From NCBI GenBank assembly GCA_030390025.1, contig CM059435.1:106020001-106084000 (forward strand): a DNA stretch of 64,000 nucleotides, in the 5' to 3' direction. This DNA comes from Squalus acanthias (taxonomy: Eukaryota). This document shows, piece after piece, positions 52,068 to 64,000 of this stretch. The first letter of the stretch is position 1. Each line of letters opens with the position of its first letter. The position numbers and the translations under genes were made by a program. The notes beneath the pieces are model-generated. The model had not been told where the DNA came from and ran no database searches. It saw only the letters and a program-made list of their open reading frames with translations.

Positions 52068-52416
52068 ATGCGGGCATCGCTGGCAAGGCTGGCATTTATT
52101 GCCCCTCTCTAGTTGCTCTGAAACAGAATGGCTTGCTGGGCCATCTCAGAGGGCAATTAAGAGTCAACCACATTGGTTTGGTACTGGAGACAAATATAGG
52201 TAAGGACATCAGGTTTCCTTCCCTGACAGAACATGGGCGAACCAGTTGAGTTTTTATTGACAATCGATAGCTTCATGGTCACTTTTTTATTGATACCAGC
52301 TTTTTATTTTAAAATTTTGTAACTGTGTTCAAATTCTCAAACTGCTGTGATGAGATTTGAACTCACATTTTCTGGATTATTAGTCCAGTACCAAAATCAT
52401 TATGCTATCGTACCCC
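52068..52416 (-). mobile_element. Related SINE copy, inverted
   Basis: GCTGGCAAGGCTGGCATTTATTGCCC tail, TTAAGAGTCAACCACATTGG core, and TTAGTCCAGTA...GCTATCGTACCC head. Confidence 0.75.
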
Positions 52417-54039
52417 TTGGCATAAAATGCTCAATAGCATCTTAGGTTTTATAAATATGGGCACAGAATACAAGAGTAAAGAAATAATGGTAATATTTTG
52501 TAAGTCATTGGCTAGGCCACTATTAGAATACTGTTTTTTAAAATTAATTCTCAGGATGTGTCACTGGCAAGGCTGCATTTATTGTCCTAAGAAGGTGGTG
52601 GTGGGCCTTCTTGAACCACTGAGTGGTTTAAATAATTGGTTTAGGAATTACGATATCACATCATTAACTGTGTTCAATTTAATAGCATAATTCAGTTCAG
52701 AATTACAGAATCTTACCCTAAGCTGGGTTCAATTTAACATAGCACATCAATAATATTCAGCTCTGAGCTTGGCAAAATTATGCCAGTTTTAGTTTACATA
52801 GTGAATGAACAGATATCAATCATTCTCTTCTTGTTTAATTCTATGTCTTGGATGGCATAAATATAAAAACATACAACCTCTTTGATCTGGTAGGACTTTA
52901 AATGATATATCAAAACATTTCTATCTTCTTTTGCAATTAGCTGGTATATGTCTCAGTCTCTTTTTTTTAACTGCTCATCATCTTCTAACTTCATCTGACA
53001 ACTTGCACTTACCTATACTATTATACAAATAACATCTTCAAATTGTCACAACTGTTGAAACCCTGTATAAATGGAGTTTGAAATCAATCCACTACTCATT
53101 TACGGATTTTCATTTTCTTCAAACTTTTCCTCAGTTCTACGTTAAGCTAACTTCTGAAGACTTCAACCTAGGCCAAGAACCTTACCCTTTTAGCTTACCA
53201 ATTTTTTTAAATCCTAAAGATCTGATCCATCAATCTCTACAACTGACCAAAGTTGAAATTTCTACTAAAACCCTACACAATGTCCCCCTGCCCCACTTGT
53301 CCAAATAACTTTAGCATTGTGTTCTGCAAGAGTAGTAACTGAAACTGTGTAAGACTGATGGGGTGGGGGTTCTGTTCACCAAGAGCAAGAGGAAGGCATG
53401 CAAGACTTGGAGCCTAAGAGAAGAGAAGCCTAAGAGAAGATTCCTAGGCCAAGGCTTACTGTATTTCCCCCTCCCCCCAGTTATTTTGCAGATCTGGGGC
53501 ACATAGATGTGGAAAACCACTTGGGACATTCTGCCATGCCTCAGGGGACAATACTCCCATCCATGTAGGGGGCAGCATGGTAACTACATGCAAATGAAGG
53601 AAACATGGCCTGCACTATGTTTCCTATCTGTTAGGCCCCAGTGTTCAGAGGTCGGCAGAAGGAGCCTCGAGGCAAAAAGTGAAACGGCCTGTGCAGATTC
53701 TCTCAGATGGTGGCCATCCAAATGAAAAGTTTACTGGGAGACAAGTTTGTCTTTTTTAACAGACAACTCACTGCTGCTCCTGCTGCAGCAGCCCTCCGAT
53801 GCCTGCCGCAGCAAGTCTCCACCCTCAGACTGGCGCAACTCCCTCGTGGAGGCCGGAGAGCTTGGTTCCCACATGTAGATGATCTTGGAGCCAGAAATAC
53901 AGCTGGGATCAGCAGGGCATCTCCATGGTTTTCAGAAGTCCCGCCCTACAGGAACATCAATTCAGGCTGGGGCCGAGGCCCAGTGTTTGAGGATTCATTA
54001 ACAAGAAAAGATTGGAGAAACTTCAGCTTTTAAGCCTCA

Positions 54040-55930
54040 GTCTGAATTTTCCAGTCCTGGAGCAAAAGTAGCACTCGTCAATGTCAGATATGGGTCAACC
54101 TCACAGGATTTCCTAAAGTTGGCCTCATTATGTATTCACAGTGAGCTTCTGACCTGGAATTGCCTGCCACTGTCTGCAGAGGTGAGAATTAATTCACAAT
54201 TGCAGCTTTTAAAGGGTGCAGCTGCGTCGTTGCTTTACAGAAACTGGAAATGGCTGGCCTACAACACATTTGAATTTTCTGATGCTGCCTTGGAAATGTT
54301 TCTGCAGGAAGTGCAGCAAAGGAGGGTTGCCATCTAGTGAGACTCAGAGCACCCTCCCACAGGAGAAGCTTATGGTCTGCTTGGCAGGAGCAGGTGCTGT
54401 GTCAAACAGACAACGTACATGACACACAGATGAGAAAAAAGTGGAATCTATTAAAGTCTTAAAACTGGAACTCCTTGCATTAAAATTTGGAAAGATGAGC
54501 CCAGGAAGCAACCTCCAAAACAACCTGCCTGCGTGAGGCATGTTCATTTACTAACACAGAAGCTGGGACGTAGATGCACACTTGGGTTTCACTCTATGTG
54601 CTCTTTAAACTTTTAACACCTCAAAACTATTCTGGTTGCAGGGCTAGGAAGTGCATAGCAAGCCTGCCTAGGCTTCTTGCTATCTGCAATAGTACTTCAA
54701 CAAGGATATCTTTTGGCTGATCATCAGTGTTTTACTCAGCCATTGGAAGCAAAAAAAGGAGCAGGGCCCCCTAATTTTAGATCATGAGTCAATTTGTACA
54801 CACCATGTTCAACATCCTAAGGCTTGAGAATATAGAGGGAATGGACCAGGTTAAAGCTGAAAGCTTTCCTGAAGCTTGTGGCTGCTGTAATCCTTTTTCC
54901 TCCCACATACATTCCAGCATGCCACCATGGCACACATTATCTGCTATATAACCTCTGTTTGAAAACATATCTTGCAGCCAGCATTTTAACATATGTTCTT
55001 CTTCTGTTTCTGCAGCCAAATCCCACCCAAGACGTAGTGCCCAAGAATCCAGCACCTCAAAGCACCCCACTTTACTCACTGCTTCTGAAGCAGGCACCGA
55101 CACATTGAAGTTTTATTTGTTCTCGGGATGTGAGCAACACTGGCAGGGCCACATGTCTTGCTCATCATTAGTTGCCCTGCATCATGGTGAGCCGCCTTCT
55201 AGGAGATTCACCCTAAGGGATTTGGATAGTTTGCGGAGGATGAATTAAATTTGGTTGCATTTTATTTCAACTGTGTCCCTTTCTTCAGAGATTGTAGAAT
55301 TGGATATTAGCAAATCACAGGGTTGGAATCCATAGTACAGAGATCAATGTTGTTGATGGTGTTTTGGGCCACTGCATTGTGTGCACATATAGAGAGGATA
55401 GTTAGTGTACTGGGCAGGTGGCACTTAGCTGAAGATCTACTCTGTGAGAGCCTGCATAAGGCTCTTGCTATCTGCAACAGTACTTCAAAAGGGATATCTT
55501 TTGGCTGAGTGTCAGTGTTTTACTCTGCTATTGGCTGTAGATGGGCTTCTTCCTCTTCTATTTTTTCCCTTTGCAGGCCTCTCTGAGTGGCAAAGTTATT
55601 AAGTTTGCAGTAGACTAGGATAATCTTTGAGACTCTGGTGGGACTAGGTTGCAAGATGTCCCCAATCTGTATAGATATCTGAAATGTTGCTTCAAGATGC
55701 CTATAGTGTGTTTGATAATGATCCTGAAGTTTACGTGGGCTTGCTCTTTCTCAACATTGACTTCTGGATGCGAATTCAAGTCAGACTGATATGATGAAAT
55801 TTGCCCTCCTCTTATGGCTGCAAAAGTCCAACTTAAGAGTAGTTTGGCCAATCTCAACCCAATTCCTAGTAAACATGGGTCCAAAGTGCAAGTTGCCCAA
55901 GTTTGGCACAATGGTGGAAAAAACCATGAA
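54040..55930. mobile_element. Decayed autonomous-type PIF/Harbinger: Myb/SANT-like remnant (+) and HARBI1-like transposase remnant (-)
   Basis: Plus strand FSDAALEMFLQEVQQRR (~54270-54337) resembles Myb/SANT-like N-termini. Minus strand AHVNFRIIIKHTIGILKQHFRYL (~55670-55745) resembles the DDE_Tnp_4 motif H..R..IE.TIGILKQRFRCL. Boundaries uncertain. Confidence 0.65.
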
Positions 55931-55952
55931 GATGGCTGGTGTGGAAAGCAGA

Positions 55953-56360
55953 TGCATGCCCGATACAAGACTCCCAAAACAAGCGCTCTACTCGGAGCTC
56001 CGACACGGCAAGAGAGCCCCAGGTGGGCAGAGGAAACGCTTCAAGGACACCCTCAAAGCCTCCTTGAAAAAGTGCAACATCCCCACCGACACCTGGGAAT
56101 CCCTGGCCCAAGACCGCACAAAATGGAGGAGAAGCATCCGGGAAGGCGCCGAACACCTCGAGTCTCTTCACCGGGAGCAAGCGGAAGCCCAACGCAAGGA
56201 GCGCACGTCAACCCAAGCACCCCACCCACCCGCCCCTTCAACCACCGTCTGCCCCACCTGTGACAGAGACTGTAGGTCCCGCATTGGACTCATCAGTCAC
56301 CTGAGAACTCTTTTAATGTGGAAGCAAGTCATCCTCGGTTCCGAGGGACTGCCTAAGAAG
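55953..56360 (+). mobile_element. 5'-truncated RTE-clade LINE with C-terminal zinc-finger motif
   Basis: MPDTRLPKQALYSEL..GKR..GGQRKRFKDTLKASLK...WESLAQDR..WR...CPTCDRDCRSRIGLISHLRT, with 10-bp TSD GGAAAGCAGA (55943-55952, 56361-56370). Confidence 0.92.
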
Positions 56361-57282
56361 GGAAAGCAGAAAAACACAGATGCAGCAAGAGATGTTCTTT
56401 CGGGGGATGGAGTAGCGACCCATCTTTGGGATAAAGTAAACTGAATTTTACTTTGCTTATGGTTGTGATATACCTTTCCTTTCAGTATTTAATGCTGATA
56501 CTGAATACAAAAGTAGACAAGTATTCCATTCCCCAGAGTTTTCATCTCTCACTGCTAAACAGAGAGATTCATCAAAATATATTTAAATTTAACCCAGTCA
56601 TCAGGCAACTTCAGCCTCTCATAATTTTATAATTATATCATAAAACAATTTCCATGGAGTAGATGTGCTGCAGTTAATGTTCCAAATCTTAAACCAAATA
56701 TGAAATTGTACATATTAGCACCAAAGCATCATTTCTATACAATAGAGTGTTCAATATGTACTATGGAATAACTCATTTTAATTTTAAAGTCATCAAATAG
56801 TACTCTAATTAAAACTGTAACTCTTCTGGAAAAAATAAGAAAAAAGTTTTTATTTTATCTGAAAAAAGGAGAAAAAGTTTTACACATGACAATGCTAATC
56901 CAAATTAGCTGCAGCAATTCACGAGTTGATAGTCAAGAATCTATTGAACATTTTTAACAACAATAGCATCTCCTGTGTGGATTATTCCAGATAGTTTGCA
57001 TTCTACTAGTTTTTTCTTGAAGTGCCAGTTTATGGTACTGCAATTGAGCACCTGAAAACTGAGGAAGGCCGTATCTCTCTCAGATTTTCCCTATTCCCAC
57101 AATATTTAGTCTTTAAAATATCCAAATTTGGTATCATCTATCTACTACTTGATTTACCTTATCCCTTTTCTTCTTTGCAACCTAAGTTGTCTCCTGCACG
57201 ATGAGCATTGGCCTTTCACTTTAGTTTCTCAATAAAAGAAAGAATCACTATCAACTAATTTGTTGCTCATAATTTGTGCCTT

Positions 57283-59700
57283 GTAGATGGTGGAAAAGGC
57301 TTTGGGGAGTCAGGAGGTGAGTCACTCGCTGCAGAATACCCAGCATGTGACCTGCTCCAGCGTCTGACCTGCTCTTGCAGCCACAGTATTTAAGTGGCTG
57401 GTCCAGTTAAGTTTCTGGTCAATGGTGACCCCCCAGGATGTTGATGGTGGAGGATTTGATGATGGTAATGCCATTGAATGTCAAGGGGAGGTGGTTAGAC
57501 TTTCTCTTGTTGGAGATGGTTATTGCCTGGCACTTGTGTGTTGCAAATGTTACTTGCCACTTATCAGCCCAAGCCTGAACGTCATCCAGGCCTTGCTGCA
57601 TGTGGGCACGGACCGCTTCATTATTTGAGGAGTTGTGAATGGAACTGAACACTGTGCAATCATCAGCGAACATCCCCACTTCTGACCTTATGATGGAGGG
57701 AAGGTCATTGATGAAGCTGCTGAAGATGGTTGGGCCTAGGACACTGCCCTGAGGAACTCCTGCAGCATGTCCTGGGGCTGAGCTGATTGGCCTCCAACAA
57801 CCACCTTTCTTTGTGCTAGGTATGACTCCAGCCAGTGGACAGTTTTCCCCCTGATTCCCATTGACTTCAATTTTACTAGGGCTCCTTGGGGCCACACTCC
57901 TTTATGTCAAGGGCAGTCACTCTCACCTCACCTCTGGAATTCAGCTCTTTTGTCCTTGTTTGGACCAAGGCTGTAATGAGTTCTGGAGCCAAGTGGTCCT
58001 GGTGGAACCCAAACTGAGCATCAGTGAACAGGTTATTGGTGAGTAAGTGCAGTTTGATAGCACTGTCGATGACACCCTCCATCATTTTGCTGATGATTGA
58101 GAATAGACTGATGGGGCGGTAATTGGCCGGATTGGATTTGTCCTTTTTCTGGACAGGACATACTTGGGCAATTTTCCACTTTGTAGGGTAGATGCCAGTG
58201 TTGTAGCTGTACTGGAACAGCTTGGCTAGAGGTGTGGCTAGTTCTGGAGCACAAGTCTTCAGCACTACAGCTGGGATGTTGTTGGGGCCCATAGTCTTTG
58301 CTGTTTCCAGTGCGCTCAGCCGTTTCTTGATATCACATGGAGTGAATCGAATTGACTAAAGATTGGCTTCTGTAATGGTGGAGACCTCAGGAGGAGGCCG
58401 AGATGGATCATCCACTCGGCACTTCTGGCTGAAGATTGTTGCAAACGCTTCAGCCTTGTCTTTTGCACTCACGTGCTGGGCTCCACCATCATTTAAGGAT
58501 GGGGATGTTCATGGAGCCTCCTCCTCCCGTTAGTTATTTAATTGTCCACCACCATTCACACATGGATGTGGCAGGACTGCAGAGATTTGATCCGATCCAT
58601 TGATTGTGGGATCACTTATCTCTGTCTATAGCATGCTGCGTCCACTGTTTAGCATGCATGTAGTCCTGTGTTGTAGCGTCACCAGGTTGGCCCCTCATTT
58701 TTAGGTACACCTGGTGCTGCTCCTGGCATGCTCTTCTACACTCCTCATTGAACCAAGGTTGGTCCCCTGGCTTAATGGTAATGGTAGAGTGAGGAATATG
58801 CTGGGCCATGAGGTTACAGATTGTGGTGGAATACAATTCTGCTACTGCCCCACAGCGCCTCATGGATGCCCAGTTTTGAGCTGCTAGGTCTGTTCTGAAT
58901 CTATCCCATTTAGCACAGTGTTAGTGCCACACAACACGATGGAGGGTGTCCTCAGTGTGAAGACGGGACTTTGTCTCCACAAGGACTGTGCGGTGGTCAC
59001 TAATACCAATACTGTCATGGACAGATGCATCTGCGACAGGGAGATTGGTGAGGACGAGGTCAAGTAGGTTTTTCCCTCATGTTGGTTCCCTCACCACCTG
59101 CCGCAGGCCCAGTCTGGCAGCTATGTCCTACAGGACTCAGCCAGTTCGGTCAGTAGTGGTGCTACCAAGCCACTCTTGTTGATGGTCATTGAAGTCCCCC
59201 ACCCAGAGTACATTCTGTGCCCTTCTTACCCTCAGTGCTTCTTCCAAGTGGTCAACATGGAGGAGCACTGATTCTTCAGCTGAGGAAGGGCGGTAGGTGG
59301 TTATCAGCAGGAGGTTTCCTTGCCCATGTTTGACCTGATGCCATGAGACTTCATGTGGTCCAGAGTCAATGTTGAGGATTCCCAGGGCCACTGTCTCCCG
59401 ACTGTATACCACTGTGCTGCCACCTCTGGTGGGTCTGTTCTGCCGGTGGGACAGGACATACCCAGGTATGGTAATGGAAGAATCTGGGACATTGGCTAAA
59501 AGATATGATTCTGAGAGTATGACTATGTAAGGCTGTTGCTTGACTAGTCTGTGGGATAGCTCTCCCAATTTTGGCACAAGTCGCCAGATGTTAGTGAGGA
59601 GGACTTTGCAGGGTCAACTGGGCTGGGAGTTCCTTTGTCGTGTCCAAATCCGGTGGCTATGTCGATGCCGGGTGGTTTTATTCTTATTATAGATTTTTGT
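57283..59700 (-). mobile_element. CR1/L2-group (jockey-like) LINE ORF2, EN+RT, frameshifted, 3' end missing
   Basis: EN motifs IVILSES, IPGY, TTYRP, VGDFN; QPWFN; RT motifs GPNNIP, NPANYRPISL, QFGF, ALDIK, GVPQGSVLGP, FADD. Confidence 0.92.
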
Positions 59701-59784
59701 AGCTGTTTTCGTACCGCCTAGCGTTGGCGGTGGAGGAACTTTTAGAGACAAAAATCTGGGACAAAATGAATTGGTACTTTAATT

Positions 59785-60015
59785 ATTGCCAACCTTTTAA
59801 GTACCTCCTCTTTATCTATTTTTATCCTATCCAATATCATTACTACCTCCTCCTTTACTGCTACATTAGCAGCATCCTCTCTTCTATTGAAGACAGATGC
59901 AAAGTACTCACTTAGTACCTCAGCCATGCCCTCTGCCTGCACAAGAAAATCTCCTTTGTGGTCCCTAATCAGCCCCACTTTTCCTTTGACTACCCTTTTA
60001 CTATATACATGTTGC
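59785..60015 (-). mobile_element. CR1 ORF2 internal fragment
   Basis: AEGMAEVLSEYFASVF...EEVLKRLA (ORF 59742-60029). Confidence 0.8.
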
Positions 60016-61087
60016 CTTTGAATGATCATGATCTTGTGGCAGAATTGCTATTGTTCCACATTAAACCCCTATAATTCAACTCTCAAGGTCTGACATTGAA
60101 CAGGTTGAATATTGAAACGGATAATCTCTTAGCATGCTTTTCAAGAAGCATACCCATTAACACCTAAATTCAGACCAATCTTGTTCTTTGAATCTTTTTA
60201 TAATTAATGTAAAAAAGTATTTCTAACTATTTAATCCAAAAAAAACCTTAATCATAAGGTGTTAAAACCAAGAGATTCTACCCGAGTCAAATAGTTAAAT
60301 CTTTTCTTATTGCAATTTTTATATTTTATTAATGGGAGATTTCATACCAATGGAAAAACTGTGAACTTTACACTGGGTTAGTAACTGACTGAGGGAAAAA
60401 AGTGCTTGTGCACAAATTAAGGTTATTTCTTCGATACATTGGGGGGAATTTTCCACTGTCCATTACTTCTAACAAAATTGTGAACATGTTCATGCATTAA
60501 CAATTTCACTGTATACAGCAAACAACAGAAATCTTCCCCCATAAACACTCCCTTTCTTCAATCAGATCCCTCATCCATGTTCCTGATGTACAGCCACAAT
60601 GAACTGATCCACAGATAAAATGATTTTTAAAAAACTTTTTTTTCTTCAAATTAACAAGCTCTTCACTGTTTTGAAATCAATATTTTTGAAATAAATAAAA
60701 AATTGTGATTATGCAACTTTGAAATCAAGATATAAATCTTGAGATCCTTAATGTGGAAAATGCAAATTGATCTTGAGAGTACAAAATGTACTACTTCAAC
60801 AGATTAGCTTCATGCTATAATTGAATTAAATTAAATTAAATTAGCTTTCTCTGTATGACATTAATTAACACAATTACCTGTATTGAAGACCATCCTGGCT
60901 TGTTTTGTTCTGATTCTGAAATGCACTAAAGCCAAGCTAACCTCCCTCCCAGAGGCCATTTCACACCACTTGACCTTCATACAGGTAGAGCATAATTCCA
61001 GTCCAGTGTGAAGACAGGTTTAAAAGGGCTGGGGCAATGTGTTGGATCACTCAGCATTTTATAAACGCAGTACTAAATCCTTTTAGA

Positions 61088-61125
61088 ATAAAAACAGAAA
61101 ATGCTGAAAATACTCAGCAGGTCTT
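61088..61125. mobile_element. Short remnant of a second Penelope-like repeat terminus
   Basis: AAAACAGAAAATGCTGAAAATACTCAGCAGGTC resembles a common shark Penelope-type repeat end (from recall); very short. Confidence 0.35.
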
Positions 61126-61690
61126 GAACTAAATCTTTTCGATATTCTGAGAAAACAGATGCTCCTAACCATGCTGTCCTAACATTAAACTCTAGCTACA
61201 GGTGGAGTGAAGTTCTGGGCATGTGTCTAAGCACGTACAACAGAGCTCTCTCTTGGTGGACAGCATGTGATTCACAATCCGTGGCATAATCCCTGTCTTC
61301 CAGCTGTGTTGAGCACTGTATTCTCAGACCAGTATTGCCATATAACTAGCCAAGCTGTTCCGTAGTTGACATATTAGTGCTGTATTTATATAGGCATTAC
61401 TCTACACATGGTCTAAGATCTCAAAGCAGAGGAGGTCTTTCTAGGGACCTTTCTTCCGAAAAGAAATGCAATATGCATGGATATTTGCTGGTCCTGGAGA
61501 TTAGGAATTCACCTGCCTTTCCCATTCTATGTCCATTCGCGTCTAGTCGTAGATTCTGTTTGTGTCTAAGGGTACACTTTTTCTGGTTCCAGTCAGGCAG
61601 TACCATGTTTACATATCTTGGCTCCTAATCATCCTCTCCAAGAAAGATACATGCATGTATAGAGCTATCTCCCAACAATGAAAAGTTTAA

Positions 61691-63401
61691 GGCCGCAAAT
61701 TTCCCAGTGAAGGCGGGATGGTGGCGGGAGAGCTGGTTTCCGGGTTCCAGTCACAATCCTGGCTGCAGCCACTCTGTCAAAGAGATTTTCCCTTGATTGG
61801 TCTTGTTAAGCCTGCCCTGCGGGCTTCCCGGCCACTTAACAGGAAGCGGGTCCGATGACGTCATTTGATGACGCGTCATCGGCCGGTTTCCTTAAAGGGA
61901 CCATGGCCACATTGAGTTTGATGGTTGTTCTGTCAGTGTTTGCCAGCATTGAGGTGCTGCAAACACTGACAAGCACTGCACAAAGGTGGATGCTTGCACC
62001 CAGGCTCTCCAATGACTCCCTCCATATGCTTATGGAGGGAGTCACAGCACTCTTTCCTTCCAAGGGCGTAAGAGACTTCCCCAGGACACCAACGCAGCCT
62101 GGTTGCACATTGCACAGGAGGGCAAAAGCAGGGATGTCGTCAGGGGTCCCTGGCTGCAGTGGCACCAACCTTTCAATGATCTCAGTGGATCACGAAACGT
62201 TACTGCAGAGCCACACTCAAGCTCACCCTGCTGTGCCACTCACACATCCCCATCACTCTGCCTTCCATACCCTTCTCCTGCACATCCTTACTCACACCAA
62301 CTTACCTTGCACCTCCACCCAACCCTCTCTATCTACATTATCACTTCCCCATCTCACTAGCCACCCCTCACACTCGCCCTCATCCTACTGCAAGCATACC
62401 AACTAACAACACACAAGGGTAGGCACTTGAGTGGTTTAGCCAATGTCCATGTGAAGTTTCTGGTAATGTGTTGTCTTACAGTGAAATCTATTTTTCCAAC
62501 ACTGCCCCTTATCGGACAGATCTGAGCGCACCTTGAGAAGTGTCTTACTGAGTTCCAGTGAATGCCCCCCTCCCCCCCCCCCCCCCCACTATAGTGATGA
62601 GTGTGCATGGAATGGCTTGGAAATTAAAGGGATCATTTACGGTGCTGGTGTGGGATGGTGTCAACCTGGCGCATCATGTGGCAACCAGGGTTTACAGCGT
62701 CAAGTGAAGTAAATCTGGCCATGGTGATGCCATTGCTGGCCTCCCGGGCAGCAATGTTGTCAGGGGCTGATGCCCTGTGTCCTGTGCAGCATCAGGTGAT
62801 GGCGGAGAAGGTTGGTGTGCTTGGTGATGTTGGTGTTGGGGCTGATCGTGGAAGGATTCAGAGGGCACCGATGTTGCTGCAATAAATGGCAGCTGCAGGT
62901 GAGATGACAGAAGCGATCTGTCAATGGTGAGAGAGGTTGTTCCAATGAGGTGGCACGGGACATACAGTTGCCTCTAAACACTTGCAAGCTAAAGAAATCT
63001 CTCTAAGTAACCAAAAGTTTCTGCGCTCTGAAACTGACCATCTGCAACATGGCATCCTTTACACCACTTCTGCAGCTTATCAGATACATCAGAGCAGACT
63101 CAACTCACGCCAGGTTGAGCTGGCGTGTTCCCCGAGCAACGGGTAACCCGTGGGGGAGAACGTAAAATTGGAAGGAAGCCTCAAAATAGTATTAAATTGG
63201 CTCTTAACAAGCCATTTAATGAGCTCAGTTGTATCCCCCGCTGCTTAGTGTCTGGTCAGTTCTCCGCTGACAGACCCGACACCTGGGAGACTCGCGTGGA
63301 GGCGGGTTGACAGCGGGTTTCTGACCCGCTGTCAATCATAACAACTTTAACCTCTGACCCGCCTCCAAACCCGCCCTCTGAGCACCGGCAAATTCGTGAC
63401 C
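61691..63401. mobile_element. Internally deleted PIF/Harbinger transposon
   Basis: Imperfect TIRs GGCCGCAAATTT / AAATTCGTGACC, TSD TAA on both sides, GC-rich GGCGGG subtermini, and Myb/SANT-like remnant APRLSNDSLHMLMEGV (+). Confidence 0.8.
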
Positions 63402-64000
63402 TAAGTGTTTGGACAGTGTCGAAGGGTGAGTCCCTGCTCTCTAAACATTTACATTAGGATCAAATAGAGGTAAAAAGTGCCCAGGAGGGGCCTACCAGGT
63501 TTGACCCTGCACTGCATTCACACTCCGTGTGGTGTCAAATGTCGTGAGACTCCCTGCCCCTGGTCGGACCTGGACTCATCACAAATCACACTGCAACTTT
63601 AGCAATTTTTGTATTGTACCAACATCAACTTGCAGTGTAAAGGCACACTCACTATCAAGATGTTAGCAAGTTAGTTGGCAAGTGGGTATATATGGTCCAG
63701 GTGAAAGTAACAAAACAGCAAACCAGTAATGCTACAACTGGGAGCAAAAGCAAAACAGCCTGAAACTTTGCAAATTGTGGCAAACTGTCTTGAGTCTTTC
63801 AATTTTTAGAAAAAAGTCAGTAGTTATAAGGATATGAAATGCTAAATCATCTTGTAATTGGGGGAATTAATGAGGCCCAGACAACAAACTCCATGGTAAA
63901 CTGATTTACAACTTTATATATGCATAGAAGAATGAAATTCCAAGAATGCCTGCAGCATTGGTCGGATTTCCTTCCTCCTTTCCAAGTGCAAGGGGCAGGC

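Noticed and set aside
55791-56444. Longest ORF (217 aa) as a host zinc-finger gene
   Set aside because: The core is an RTE LINE C-terminus bounded by a TSD, and the flanking residues are chance read-through.
1-64000. CRISPR arrays, operons, rRNA or other prokaryotic/viral systems
   Set aside because: No repeat-spacer arrays, gene-dense segments or rRNA-like sequence; the window is vertebrate intronic/intergenic DNA.

Overview
Vertebrate nuclear DNA, very probably a cartilaginous fish (shark). The repeat repertoire points there: a V-SINE of the HE1 type, DeuSINE/SacSINE1-like elements, CR1/HER1-type LINE ends, and shark-type Penelope and Harbinger remnants. No intact multi-exon host CDS is visible, and nearly all ORF-track entries are chance ORFs or transposon fragments. 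A CpG island at ~46.6-47.4 kb looks like the promoter and first exon(s) of a large minus-strand gene that I cannot identify. On that reading, 1-47 kb is mostly its 5' introns, with candidate 14-nt and 20-nt microexons, and 47.4-64 kb is repeat-rich upstream DNA. Most notable observations: (i) a young Penelope-derived fold-back insertion carrying a minimal hammerhead ribozyme, (ii) a candidate microexon switch controlling the reading frame of an exon-1 AUG, (iii) four copies of a ~750-bp PIF/Harbinger-type non-autonomous element plus two decayed two-gene Harbingers, and (iv) a young, GC-rich RTE LINE insertion with a TSD. All calls were read by eye and repeat boundaries are approximate.
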